Source: a virus (lineage: Duplodnaviria > Caudoviricetes). Taken from it: a stretch of DNA of 60,720 bases. The notes beneath the pieces are model-generated. The model had not been told where the DNA came from. It ran no database searches and saw only the letters and a list, made by a program, of their open reading frames with translations. Below are positions 1-11,300 of the stretch, in pieces. A program made the translations under genes and the position numbers. Position 1 is the first letter of the stretch, and each line of letters opens with the position of its first letter. Where the stretch lies: IMG/VR virus record IMGVR_UViG_3300009168_000011, positions 1 through 60,720 of that record. The stretch is one strand, 5' to 3'.

Positions 1-420
1 AAGGTCATTGTCTTCGTGCCGTTCCTGTCTGTCCTTGGAGAGGTCGCCGAGCGGCTGCGCAAGCGGGGACACTTCGTCGAGCAGGTGTCGGGCGAGACCA
101 GCAAGACCGAGCGCGACCGTATCTTCGGTGCGTTCCAAGCGCCGGTTGGCCCGCGCATCCTCGTCGCCCAGCCTGCCGCCATGAGCCACGGCCTGACCCT
201 GACCGAGGCCAACACCATCATCTGGTATTCTGCCATCACCTCCAACGAAACCTACGAGCAGGCGAACGGTCGGATCACTAGGCCGGGACAGAAGCGCAAC
301 CAGTTGATCGTCGAGCTTGAAGGATCGGCTGCCGAGCGGCATGTCTTCGCCCGGCTGCGCCGGAAACAATCGATGCAGGGCGCTTTGCTCGAACTCCTGC
401 TTGACACCCCCCACCCGTAA
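1..420 (+). CDS. SNF2-family helicase, C-terminal part
   Basis: QPAAMSHGLTL and YEQANGRITRPGQ (motifs V and VI); in frame with 59455. Confidence 0.9.
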   Translation, partial: KVIVFVPFLSVLGEVAERLRKRGHFVEQVSGETSKTERDRIFGAFQAPVGPRILVAQPAAMSHGLTLTEANTIIWYSAITSNETYEQANGRITRPGQKRNQLIVELEGSAAERHVFARLRRKQSMQGALLELLLDTPHP

Positions 421-429
421 CGCTATTTA
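401..429 (+). promoter_or_regulatory. sigma70-type promoter
   Basis: TTGACA-N17-TATTTA upstream of ORF 453. Confidence 0.5.
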
Positions 430-452
430 CATTATTCAATCGGAGTGCCGCC

Positions 453-827
453 GTGAAGAACCATGTCGAAACCTACATCCAGTTGCGTGATCTAAAGGAC
501 CGGATCAACAAGGAAGCCAAGGAGAAAGTCGCCCAGCTAACAGCGGCGATGGACAACCTCGAAGGCGAGATGCTGGAGCAGATGCGCCAGCTTGGCGTCG
601 AGAGCATGCGCACCGACGCAGGCACTGTCTACAAGACCATCAAGCGCCGCACGCCCGTGGCGAATTGGGACGCCGCCCTCGCCTTCATCCGCGAGAAAGG
701 GCTGTGGCATTTTCTGGAACGGCGCGTCAGTTCGGGAGCCGTCACCGAGTACATGACCGAGCACGGCGAGGTGCCGCCCGGCATCGCCATCAACGAAGAA
801 CAATCCGTCAATATCCGCAGGAGCTAA
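453..827 (+). CDS. phage replication-region coiled-coil protein
   Basis: GGAG Shine-Dalgarno, GTG start; coiled coil followed by SMRTDAGTVY...NWD; lies between helicase and SSB. Confidence 0.75.
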   Translation: MKNHVETYIQLRDLKDRINKEAKEKVAQLTAAMDNLEGEMLEQMRQLGVESMRTDAGTVYKTIKRRTPVANWDAALAFIREKGLWHFLERRVSSGAVTEYMTEHGEVPPGIAINEEQSVNIRRS

Positions 828-832
828 AGAGC

Positions 833-1915
833 ATGAACGCCATCACTACCATTCCCGATGTTTCGCAGGTTCCCGAGTACCTGCGCACCACCTCGCCGAC
901 CGCACTGACCGCCAACTCGTTGAGCCAAGGCGTGTCGCTTGGCTTCCCGATGCTGTCCATCAAGGGCAAGACGTGGCGTCAGGTTGTCGACGGCGACAGT
1001 CAGGTGATCCTCAACAGCGAGGGCGAGCCGCGCTCCTCGATCAATGCCGTGATCGTCGGCGCGAACGAGGCGGTCAGCAAGACCTACTATCCCGGCGTCT
1101 ACGTCGAGGGTTCGGACGACGGTCCCGACTGCTACTCCAACGACGGCATCGCCCCGCCACTCGACGTGCCCGACCGGCAGGCCCCGCTGTGCGGCGGGTG
1201 CCCGCACAACCAGTGGGGATCGGCCACTACCGAGACCGGCAGCAAGTCCAAGGCATGCGGCGACAGCCGCCGCCTCGCCGTGGTGATCGGTGACTTCGAC
1301 AAGCCGTTCCTGCTGCGCGTCCCGGCCACTTCGCTCAAGGGGCTGGCCGAGTACGGCAAGATGCTGGCGCAGCGCCAGTTGCCGGTGCACGGAGTGATGA
1401 CCAAGATCAGCTTCGACACGTCGCTGGCCTATCCGCGCCTCATCTTCACCTTCAACGGGTTCCTCGATCCGACGCAGTTCGCGGAGGCAACGAAGGCGTT
1501 GGAGCATTTGACGATGGATGCTATTCTCTATGGCAACGCAGCACCTGCCAGTTCTCCCCAGCCCGGTCAGGCCACTGCTCCTTCGGCTCCGCCTGCCCCC
1601 GCCTCCCCGGCAACAGCGGCGGAGCCGGAGACCCCGGCAGTAGGCACGTTCGACGAGCCGCCTGCCCAGCAGCAGGAGCAGGCACCGGCCCCTGCCCCCA
1701 AGCCACGCAAGCCGCGTGCGCCCAAGGCAGCGCCTGCCCCTGTTGCTGAACCGGAAGTGGCGGAGCAGACCATCGCCGCCACGCCGGAGCAGGTCGCGGC
1801 AGCGGTAGCAGCCCCGGCTGCAGCGGCAGCGGTCACCGAGACCACGCAGTCCCCGGCTCTGGCCAAGGCAGCCGAGTTGCTGGGGGGACTGCTGGGATCA
1901 TTCGATGATGACTAG
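833..1915 (+). CDS. ssDNA-binding/annealing protein with Zn-binding Cys cluster
   Basis: PDCYSNDG, CGGCPHNQWGS, KAC; Pro/Ala linker; acidic FDDD tail. Start placed at ATG 833 after AGGAG. Confidence 0.7.
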   Translation: MNAITTIPDVSQVPEYLRTTSPTALTANSLSQGVSLGFPMLSIKGKTWRQVVDGDSQVILNSEGEPRSSINAVIVGANEAVSKTYYPGVYVEGSDDGPDCYSNDGIAPPLDVPDRQAPLCGGCPHNQWGSATTETGSKSKACGDSRRLAVVIGDFDKPFLLRVPATSLKGLAEYGKMLAQRQLPVHGVMTKISFDTSLAYPRLIFTFNGFLDPTQFAEATKALEHLTMDAILYGNAAPASSPQPGQATAPSAPPAPASPATAAEPETPAVGTFDEPPAQQQEQAPAPAPKPRKPRAPKAAPAPVAEPEVAEQTIAATPEQVAAAVAAPAAAAAVTETTQSPALAKAAELLGGLLGSFDDD

Positions 1916-2183
1916 GATGCCGACCTTCGACGCGGCGGAAATGCGAGCAGCCGGTCTGACACCTCAGGTGTTGGGCCGGTTGATCGGCATCTCTCGGGTC
2001 ACGGCGAGCTACTGGCTCAACGGTCATCGACAGCCGCACCCATTGCTGCGACGCAAGGTCGTCTTGCTACTTGATGGGGTGCGCCGAGAGGTGCAGATAG
2101 GTGCGTTGCCGCCGCCGGTAGCGCTCCCCGTCAAGAAGCAGGGCCAGCTGGTGGAGGCGGCACTAGCCAAGTACTTCCAGTGA
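1905..2183 (+). CDS. XRE-type helix-turn-helix protein
   Basis: LTPQVLGRLIGISRVTASYWLNG fits an HTH pattern. Confidence 0.7.
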   Translation: MMTRMPTFDAAEMRAAGLTPQVLGRLIGISRVTASYWLNGHRQPHPLLRRKVVLLLDGVRREVQIGALPPPVALPVKKQGQLVEAALAKYFQ

Positions 2184-2208
2184 CATAACCCCCGTGGGGA
2201 AACGTGCA

Positions 2209-5200
2209 ATGACCCAACCGACAGCGGCGGAGTTCTACGACGCGGCACTAGCGAACGACGGTTACTACTATCTCGGACGAAAAGCGGGCAAGCAGCTGAT
2301 CAAGGACCGGCCCAGCTTCGACAAGAGGCTGGGCCCCAAGCCCGATCTCTACCATTCACTGGCTCGGTTCCGCGATCCAGAAGGCGGGCGCAAGATGGAG
2401 AACATCATCTCCCTGCGCAGCTTCCGGCTCGACGTCGACACCAAGCAGACCCATGATAAGGCACCGTACGACGATCTCCCCGAGGCGCGGGTCGCGGTCA
2501 ACGATTTCGTCAAGCTGCTCGGCCTGCCCGTGCCATGGCTGATCGACAGCGGCGGCGGCTGGCACGTCTACTGGATGCTCGATGCGGACGTGCCGCATGA
2601 CGAGTGGCGGGCGACGGCGAACATGCTCAAGACCGCGACCGTGCAGGCCAAGCTCGACAACGACCGTGCGATCATCGCCGACGGCACCCGCCTGATGCGG
2701 GCTGTGGGCTCGCTGCATGGCAAGCTGGGCAAGGAGGTGTCGATCATCCGGCGCGGTGCGCCGCCGTGCTCTCATGCCGCTTTCCGCTCGATTGTGGAGA
2801 AGTTCGTCGGCACTGCCACACCCGCCCCGGCCCACGTCAGTGGCACCGGGCAGGGCAACATGCTCACCAAGGTCAGGCACGCCGACAGCTATGCCGACCT
2901 CGCTGCCGACCAGTGCGCGCTGCTCAATGATTTCCGTGCTGGTAAGGATCAGGACTACAATTTGTGGATCGCTGGCCTGTCCAACCTGCACCGCATGATC
3001 GACGGCGACGCGAAGGCGCACGAGTGGTCGCAGAAGCAGCGCCCGAACGAATATGACGGGGCGCAGACCGATGCCAAGCTGCACGAGTTCAAGGGGCCAC
3101 ACACCTGCGGCAAGATCGCGGCGTTAAGCGGCGCTCCGTGCGGCGGCTGTCCGCACTATCGTGACAACCTGTCACCGGTCCGCTTGGGCGAGGGCGGCTC
3201 TGCTCCCCAGCCTGCTGCTGTTGCCCCGCCGCCTCCGCCGGGCCAGCCACCCGCCGCTACCCCGCAGCCTGCTCCGGCACCCGCGCCTGCCCCGCCACCT
3301 ACCGGCCTACCGCCTCCCCCGCTGCCCTACCTGACCGGGCCCTACCCGACCAATGGCTATGTCGAAATCTTCCCGGCTGACCCGCAGGACCCGGCCAAGG
3401 AAAGTTTCCACTGGTACTACGAAAAGGACCCGGCGGGCCTCAGGCACCCCTTCAAGTCGACCGTCGGTATCCGCAAGGGCACCGCCAAGAAGGGGCTCGT
3501 CCCCACCGTCCTCTACGAGGGGGCTTTCTATGTGACCGGCATGATCCACGCTGCCGAGCATACGTTGCAGTGTCGGTTTCGCCATAACGTAAGTTTTGAT
3601 AAGGCATTGGTCCGTGAAAAGAGTTTCACCCTTCCCGCTGCGGAGGCCACCGGCCCGTCCTTGCTCACCTACCTTAGCAAGCACGGCCTGCCTATCACTG
3701 GCCTCGCGCGGACGAACGCAATGAGGGCGTTCATCAATCGCTGGTACGTTGCGGCGCGCGACCACGCACCGGTCGCAGGCGGCGACGTGTTCGGCCTGCA
3801 GGATAACGGCGACTTCATCGTCGGCCACCATATCGTCAGAGCCACTGACGGGACCATCGGCCCGGCAGCGGCGGTTGGTGCAGCGGGCGAACTACTCGCG
3901 CAATTCAACCAACTGCCGAGCACGGACCCGGCAGTAGTACTGGCTCAAGCTAGAGAGTGGGGCAGACAGACTGACAAGCTATTCAACCACGACGAACTGA
4001 TGGCCCACCAGTTCATCATCCTATGCAGCTTCGCCTCCATGCTGTGGGCGCTTGAGCCGGGAGCCATCAAGGGGTTGATCGTCAGCGCCTTCGGCACTGG
4101 CACCGGACTGGCCAAGTCCAGCTGCGTGCGGGTCGCCGGGTCGGTGTGGGGCAACGACCAGTACCTGATGTCATCCGCCGGTACGGTCAAGGCGATCTGC
4201 GGCAGGGCAGCCACGCTCAACAGCCTGCCCATGGCCATCGACGAGGTGACCGGGCTGAAGGCGTTCGAGGTAGTGGGGCTAATCAGCGATCTCGGCAATG
4301 GCATGGACCGTGCCCGCCTTACCCAGACCGCTACGCCGCGCCCAATTAAGGAGTGGCGACTGATCACGCTGATGACCAGCAACGACCGGCTGTCCGGCTT
4401 CGGAGCCGGGAAGCAGGGGGCGGAAGGGCTCAATGCCCGACTGTGGGAAATCCCGTTCAACGACTACCATCCCAAGAAGCTGTGCGCCCGGCTGCACCGG
4501 GACTGGGACGCGGGCATCCGCACCCACAATCCAGCCGACTTCGAGAACAACAGGCCGGACAAGGTAATCGCCACCCTAAGCACCACGCTCGGCGGTTATG
4601 CCGGGCTGCAATTCGCCACCGACGTCCTGCCGCGCAAGGGCGCATTTTTGCAGACCCTCGCAGCCATCGTCGACACGCTGAACGAAATCGGATCATCGGA
4701 CCCGGCAGGTAACCGGGGCGCGGTCAAGGCCGGGGCGTGCGTCCTGCTGGCACTGTCGCTCCTCAACAAGCGCAAGATACTCAGCTTCGACTATGGCAAG
4801 ATGGAGAACTGGATCAAGGCCCAGCTGCAGGGGCGCTCGATGGTCGCCCAGAATACCAGCTACGATCCGATCAACGAGTTCCTCGGAGCAATGAACAGCC
4901 AACCGGTGACGAAGTACCGCTCGGAGGGTGGCGGCGGACCGATCTGCGAGGACTTCGACCATCGCGGTACGAGCGCCATCGCCCATCGGGTAGTCAACAC
5001 CAACGGTGCTGTCACCGAGCACGTCCTCTACCTGTTCCGATCCTCGCTGCATGACTGGTTCCCCGAGGATAACATGACCATTCTCGATACCCTGCGGACC
5101 AGTGGACGCCTGATCGCTGAACGCTGTGCCGTGCCTGCTGATCTAACCGGCGGACACCCCAAGCCGGAGAGCTACAAGATCGACCTGCGCGACTATGCCG

Positions 5201-5274
5201 TAGCTGCCTCATCTGCTGCCAAGCCTGCACCCCTTGCCGGTACTAATAACGTCTACCCACTCGCGACCGGTTGA
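2209..5274 (+). CDS. primase-polymerase fused to DUF927-like helicase
   Basis: LDVD and DSGGGWHVYW (AEP motifs), Cys cluster CGGCPH, GTGTGLAKS Walker A-like motif, AIDEVT Walker B. Confidence 0.8.
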   Translation: MTQPTAAEFYDAALANDGYYYLGRKAGKQLIKDRPSFDKRLGPKPDLYHSLARFRDPEGGRKMENIISLRSFRLDVDTKQTHDKAPYDDLPEARVAVNDFVKLLGLPVPWLIDSGGGWHVYWMLDADVPHDEWRATANMLKTATVQAKLDNDRAIIADGTRLMRAVGSLHGKLGKEVSIIRRGAPPCSHAAFRSIVEKFVGTATPAPAHVSGTGQGNMLTKVRHADSYADLAADQCALLNDFRAGKDQDYNLWIAGLSNLHRMIDGDAKAHEWSQKQRPNEYDGAQTDAKLHEFKGPHTCGKIAALSGAPCGGCPHYRDNLSPVRLGEGGSAPQPAAVAPPPPPGQPPAATPQPAPAPAPAPPPTGLPPPPLPYLTGPYPTNGYVEIFPADPQDPAKESFHWYYEKDPAGLRHPFKSTVGIRKGTAKKGLVPTVLYEGAFYVTGMIHAAEHTLQCRFRHNVSFDKALVREKSFTLPAAEATGPSLLTYLSKHGLPITGLARTNAMRAFINRWYVAARDHAPVAGGDVFGLQDNGDFIVGHHIVRATDGTIGPAAAVGAAGELLAQFNQLPSTDPAVVLAQAREWGRQTDKLFNHDELMAHQFIILCSFASMLWALEPGAIKGLIVSAFGTGTGLAKSSCVRVAGSVWGNDQYLMSSAGTVKAICGRAATLNSLPMAIDEVTGLKAFEVVGLISDLGNGMDRARLTQTATPRPIKEWRLITLMTSNDRLSGFGAGKQGAEGLNARLWEIPFNDYHPKKLCARLHRDWDAGIRTHNPADFENNRPDKVIATLSTTLGGYAGLQFATDVLPRKGAFLQTLAAIVDTLNEIGSSDPAGNRGAVKAGACVLLALSLLNKRKILSFDYGKMENWIKAQLQGRSMVAQNTSYDPINEFLGAMNSQPVTKYRSEGGGGPICEDFDHRGTSAIAHRVVNTNGAVTEHVLYLFRSSLHDWFPEDNMTILDTLRTSGRLIAERCAVPADLTGGHPKPESYKIDLRDYAVAASSAAKPAPLAGTNNVYPLATG

Positions 5275-5299
5275 CCCCCTGTTAGGCCGTGGTTATGTA
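5271..5299 (+). promoter_or_regulatory. sigma70-type promoter for a putative sRNA
   Basis: TTGACC-N17-TATGTA with no ORF before the next terminator. Confidence 0.45.
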
Positions 5300-5304
5300 G
5301 GCAT

Positions 5305-5373
5305 CTAACCGTACTACCCCACGGTTGACCGAGAAACGCCCTCCGGATTTGCACGGTCCGGGGGGCGTTTTTT
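5305..5373 (+). ncRNA. candidate ~68-nt small RNA
   Basis: Promoter, then hairpin TAACCGT-ACTACCCC-ACGGTTG, then intrinsic terminator. Confidence 0.4.
5334..5373 (+). terminator. Rho-independent terminator
   Basis: AAACGCCCTCCGGA...TCCGGGGGGCGTTTTTT between convergent genes. Confidence 0.85.
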
Positions 5374-5394
5374 CATTTGATTAAAAATCAAGTC
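5374..5394 (+). promoter_or_regulatory. 21-bp dispersed motif, copy 1
   Basis: CATTTGATTAAAAATCAAGTC. Confidence 0.8.
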
Positions 5395-8300
5395 AGTAGC
5401 CGCCAGCCGCAGCCATCTCCTCGTCGCTATACGACAGGGTCGGATCGTACAGCCCGGCCTGCGTCGCCGCGAACGCCTCCTCGCCCGGCATGTAGCGCAC
5501 GCCGCCGAGCACCGCCGCCCGCTCCCGAGCCCGGCGGGCAGGGGACTTGAGCAATGACGACAGCGGGGTGATCTTGAAGCCGTTCTCCTGCTTGACCTGC
5601 TGCAGCTTCAACCACTTCTGGATCGCCGCCTGCCTCGCCACCGCATTGCCGGACCCGATGGCATCGTTGAACTCGTCGGTGATATCGTCCTGCCGCCCCT
5701 TGAAGAAGGTGCGCACGTCGTAGGCCCGCTCGCCCCGCTTGAACGTGCCCGCCCGGTCCTCGGTCTGGAGCCCGACCGCCCGCAGCATACTCTCGCTCAT
5801 GTCGATCTCGTCGGCAGACTGGAGGAGCGTGCCGCGCTGGTTGGTGATCCCGTTCTGCGCTTCGCTAAAGGCGGACAGGGCAGACGCCATGCCGCTCGGC
5901 AGCGTCTTGGCGATGCCCTTGTACATATTGCCGTCGATCATCTCGTCGATGCCGGTCGCGAAGTTGACACCGAGCCCGCCAGCAGGGCCACCGGCAATCG
6001 CGCCGATGTACTGGAGCAGGTCGTCGCGCTGCAGCGACAGGTCCTGATAGGGCTGCACGCTGAGTACGGTCCCCTGACCCAGCGTGCTCGCCAAGTTGAG
6101 CCCGCCCAGCGTCGGTATGCCCGCCAGCAGCAGGTTGGCCAGCATCGGGTCGCCGACTGCCTCGCGGATATCCTCCTCGATATCCTCCGGCGGATCGTCC
6201 TCGTCGCCGAACAGGCCCATGATGAAGTTGACCAGCCCGAACATGAGGGTCGCTCCCGGCAGCCCGGCGATGCCGCCGAACGCGAGGACATGCCCAAGCG
6301 AATAGGCGAGGCTGCGCGCGGCAATCGCCCGCTCCGTCTTGGACAGCGACTTGTCCGCCATCCGGCTGATCATCCGGATGTAGTTGGAGGCGACGATGAT
6401 CGCGATCTTGCGGTACTGCCCGACGGTCGCACCGACCGACGACTGGAGGATGCGCGGTGCCGACGCCGTGCTGTAGTCGCCCTGCGTTTGCTGCACTGTC
6501 CGGGCTGCAGCATAGGCCGAGTTGAACTGCCGCTCGCTCATCGCCGGGCCCTCAACGTTGGCGCGGTAATCGGCGTACGCCCCGGCGTCCGGCTTGGATA
6601 CTTCGGTCGGGGTCTGCAACTCCAGTTCGTAGGCGGCAATCGCCGACGCTGCGCGGTTGAGAAACTCGACGTAGCGCGGCCACTCGCGGACCAGCCGGAC
6701 ACCCTTGAGCTTTTCGTCGAGCCGGTTCGGCAGCTTGCCGGTCTCCGACGAGATGCCGACATCGAGCAGGCCCATGTCGGCAATGTAGTTCAGCAGCGGG
6801 CGGTACTTCGCCTCGACGAAATCGGTCTTCAGTCCGTCGTCGTTGCGCCATGCCTCGCCGAGCTTGCCCATGTCGACCGCCGCGTAGGCGTTCTTGAGCG
6901 CGGCTGCCCCGCGCTTCAGGCCGTAGCGCCCCTCCAGCAGGGGGGCAGTCATGATCGTCGGCTGCAGCGTCTGCTGCAGGAGGAACCGTGGCGACAGCGA
7001 CAGCTGCCAGAAGCTGGCTACCCCGCGCACCCGCTCCAGAAAATGCGACGCAAACGTCTCCGGTGGCGGCTGCTGGGTCATCATGTAGCGGGCGGTGATC
7101 TCGTTGAACATGCGCGACGCGGCGGCGAAGTCATCGGGCTTGGTGGCCAGCTTATCCAGCGATTTCTCAAGCGCGGTGAAGCCGTCGAGGATTTCTCCGT
7201 TCCGCTGGATCGAGGCGAGATTATACGACTGGCTCTTGAGGTGCTGCTCGACATTCAGCTGGATATCGAGCGGCATGCTGGCCACGTTGAACCGGCGCAG
7301 CGCACCCTTGCGCGCGTTCTGGTCACTGAGGCTGCGCAGGTACAGCGTGCGGGCGATGTTGAGCAGCTGGTTACGGGTACTCGCCTTCATCTCCTCGCTG
7401 CCGGAGACGCGGGCCATGACCCGCTCGAACGCCTTCGGCATGTCGTCGCCAGCATAGAACTGTTCGTTTAGTCCCTTGGCTTCCTTGCGCGTCGCGACGC
7501 CACCCTTGTCGGCGGCGAACGCCGGGTTCGACTTCATGATTGCGCGGCGCATGTACTCGGCTTCCGCCTCGGTCTGGGCGAAGTCGACGAAGTAGTGGAG
7601 GTGGTCGCCCTTCAGTTCGGCCATCCGCTTGTGGTTGCCCGCCTGCTTGGCAGCGGCATACTCCTTGCTCATCGCCACCACCGCCCAGTCACCACTGCGG
7701 CGCAGCGGTGCGTAGGGCAGCGAGTTGTCGAAGTTGGCCGGGTCGAGCACCTGCTTGGTCTCGGCAGCGATCTGGTTCTCGACCGCCTGCCGCTCGACAT
7801 CATTCTTGGCCGCCGCCAGATCGGCAGCGTAGGCAGCGCGTACCACCCCGGTGGCAACGTCGCGCAGCTGCTGGGTCTTGTCGTAGATGCTGCGCAGCAG
7901 CGCCTTGGTGTGCGCCTGCCCGGCCCTCGACAGCGAGTTGAACTGCTTGGCGAACTCGGGGTTGACCTTGACCCGCGCGGCATCGGCAGCGGGCAGCCAG
8001 TCGGGGGTGAAGCCCCACTCCCCGGCACGGGTCATCGCCTCGATGAGGTTGTTGACCTTGCCCCGGTTGTCCTTGGTCACGCCGCGCCGCTCACCCTCCG
8101 GCAGGTGCAGATAGTCGCGGTTGAGGTCGGCTACTTCCTGCTCGCCGCGCACCCGGATCGCGTCACGTGACGCGATCACCCGCGCCAGCTTCTTGATCGG
8201 GTCGCTGCTGATCCCGGCCTGCTCCATGCGGCGGGCGAGCATGTCGTAGAGGTCGCCCCGGATGGCGAGATAGGACGGCCACTTGGTCTTGGCGAGGTTG

Positions 8301-11300
8301 CCCATGCCCATCAGCCACGGCTTCGACATCTCGTTGAGTTCGTTGATCGGGTTGGCCGAGACCTTGGCCCGCGCCCCGCGCAGCATCAGCTGCACCGGGT
8401 CGCCCGACTTGATCTTCTCGGCTAGTGCCTCGGCGGTCTTGGGCGGGGTGCGCGCGGCGATGTCCAGCATCGAGGTGCTCTCGCGCATCATGGCGTTGAG
8501 CAGCGGCCCGTACTTGGGCGGCAGGCCGATGATCCGCCGCACCGTGTCGACGAAGCCGCCCCACATCCCGCCGCTCTGCTTGTTGCGCATCCACTCCTGC
8601 ATCGCCGGGGAGGTGCGGCCATAGGCGAGGAACTCGTCGATGTTCTCGATAGCCTCGCCGACCTCGGGTGCGTCGCGCTTCGCATCGTACAGCTTGGCTG
8701 CCTGCTTGCGCAGTTTCTCCAGCCGGTTGACGATATCGTCGACCGCCTTGTCGCCGGTCTTCATCTTCGCCTTGAGTTCACCCCAGCGCCGCGTCGTCGC
8801 CGTGTGCAGCGCCTCATGCAGTACCGCCTCGACGTCATCGTGGTGGCCGACCTGCGCATCGATGGTGCCGTCCTCGTTGATCGTCACCCGTCCGCGCGTC
8901 CCTTCCGCCAGTTCGCCGGTCCCACTGCGTAGCTCCATGCCTTCGACCAGTGGCGCGAGCCGGTCAGCCAGTTCGCGCTGCTCTGGGCTGAGTGCCCGGC
9001 TCGTCGCGACCTTGCCCAGCGTGTCGCTCATCTGCGACGTCTCGGGGTCAGCCTCGGAGTTCGGCACCGGGTAGCTGGTCTTGCCCTTGAGCGACAGCGC
9101 CTTGCCGAGCGGGCCCACCTCCGAGTAGCCGCCGCCGATCCGGCGGGCCGGGGCCCTGATACCGGGGACGAGATTGGTGTTGGGGTTCACCTCTGCCCGC
9201 TGCTCCCCGGTCAGGTTCATGCGGTGCTGCGTCTGCCGCGCCTGCATCTCGGTCCAGTCGAGTTCATACAGCGCGCCGGGGAGGAAACGGTCGTTCTCCA
9301 CGATGTTGTTGATAGCGGACATCACCGCCGCCGCCTGATGGGGCTTGCCCGCGTTATCAAGCTCGCGAGCGAGACGCATGCCATCCATGACCATCTTCAG
9401 CGATTTCGCCAGCTGCTTGCCGTACACTGCCACCTCCGGGGAGGTCGAGATGCCCAGCTGCTTGGCCAGTTCGACCATGCGCGGCATCATCTCCGAGCCC
9501 CTGCCGAGCATCTGGGAGAACGTGGTGTCGGTGCTGATCATCCCCTCCCGGTCCTGCACGGCGTGCTGCATCTCGTGCAGCAGGACGCTGTTGAACCCGA
9601 AGCTGCCCACCCCGCCGGGCTTGGTCGAGATCATGATTTCGTTCTGGCTGTTCACGCCCTCACTCATCGAGATGAAGCGATCCGACATCCGTATGTAGTG
9701 CCCGGCAGGAGCGGTCGGCGACGGGTCGAATACCACCCGCAGGTTCTTCAGCGCCGGGTAGGCGTCGAATAGTGCGGGGTGATCGATCAACCGGCCCAGC
9801 GTGGTCACGCCGACGTGCCTCTCCTTCATCCGGTGCGGCTGCTTGATGGCCATCTCGTGGTCGGTGATCTCGAATGTCCACGGCCCGGCATCGTGGGTCT
9901 TGTACCAGCCGGTCAGCTTCTTGATCTCGCTGCCGAAGTGCGGTTTGATCCCCTGCTTCTCCATTGCCGTAGCCATGCCGAGCGTTTCGTAGCCGGGCCC
10001 GCGTGCGCCGTTCGGCCCGATCATCATCGCCAGCCCGGACATGGGAGCCCGGCCACCCTGCACGTCCAGCTTCTCGATTAGCTCGTTCATCTCCCCGCTG
10101 TTCTGCTTCTCGATCCCCTTCTCCAGCGCCGTGTAGAAAGCGAGGTCCGGCTTGACCGTTGCGCCCGAGGCGAACAGGTTGCTGGTCGCCGACATCATCG
10201 CGTCGAGCGCCGTCACCAGCTGCGGGTCCGGTATCGGGTCGGCCCCGATTGCCCGCAGGAACCAGTTGAGGATGTCGCGCCATGCCGACTTGTTGCTGTC
10301 GGCACCCACCGGATTGCCGTCGATATCGACCGAACGCAGGTAGCTCCGCAGCTTGTTGTCGACCAGCATCCACGCCAGCGCCTCGTCTATCGACCCGGCG
10401 AACTCCGAGATGGCGATGCTCGCCTTCTCCGCTCCCGCTTCGGTATCGAGTTCGAGGTTCTTGGATACTCCCTGCTTGACCTTCCCCCACAGGTCCTGAA
10501 ACTCCTTGACCACGGCATCGCCCCGGTCGACTTCATCGCCGAGTATCCGCTTGTTGCCCGGCAGATAGTTATTAAGCAGGCCCCACCGCTCGTATATGTA
10601 GACGTGGATCATCTCGTGCAGGAAGGTGTCCTCGTCGAGCCCGTGCTTGGTGTCCAACGTGACTTCGGTGCGGCCATCCTTGACGCTCGTCAGCCCCGCC
10701 GCGCCCTCGGTGTCGGCGAGGTACGGGTCGGTCCGCATGGTCAGGCTGTCGAACCCGCCCGACCCCTTCGTCAGTGCCTTGGCGATCCAGCGATAATGCG
10801 TCGATCCCGAGTTGGACGCGATCCACTGCAGCGCCTCCTTCGGCTTGCCCGCTTCGAGCAGCTTGAGCAGGTCAGGGTGCTTGAGCGTGGACGTCGACAC
10901 CGACGGCTTAGCGATGACCGGGTTGGCTATCGATATCAGCGCCGCTGCCGATATGCCCTGCAGGAAACCGCGCCGGGTAAAGTCAGGCCCCTGCTTCTCG
11001 TCGAGTTCGACCCGCATGGCGAGCCCGCCCGGACCCAGCCCGTCCTTGCGGGGACGCCCTCGCCCGCGCTTGGGCAGCTTGCCCGCTGCCTTGGCCGCGT
11101 CTATCTCTGCCCGCTTGGCTTCTGCCCGCTCGGCGGCCTCCGCAGCCTGCGTCTGCGCGTCGAGGAAGTAGCGGTTCTGCAGCGCCCGCTCGTAGTACCA
11201 CGCCGCGCCAGCGCGTGCGCCGGTAGTGGTCGGGATCGCCAGTCCGGCAGCTGCCGCGTTGATGCCGCTCGCCGCCTGTATCCGCTCCAGCGTGTCGAAG

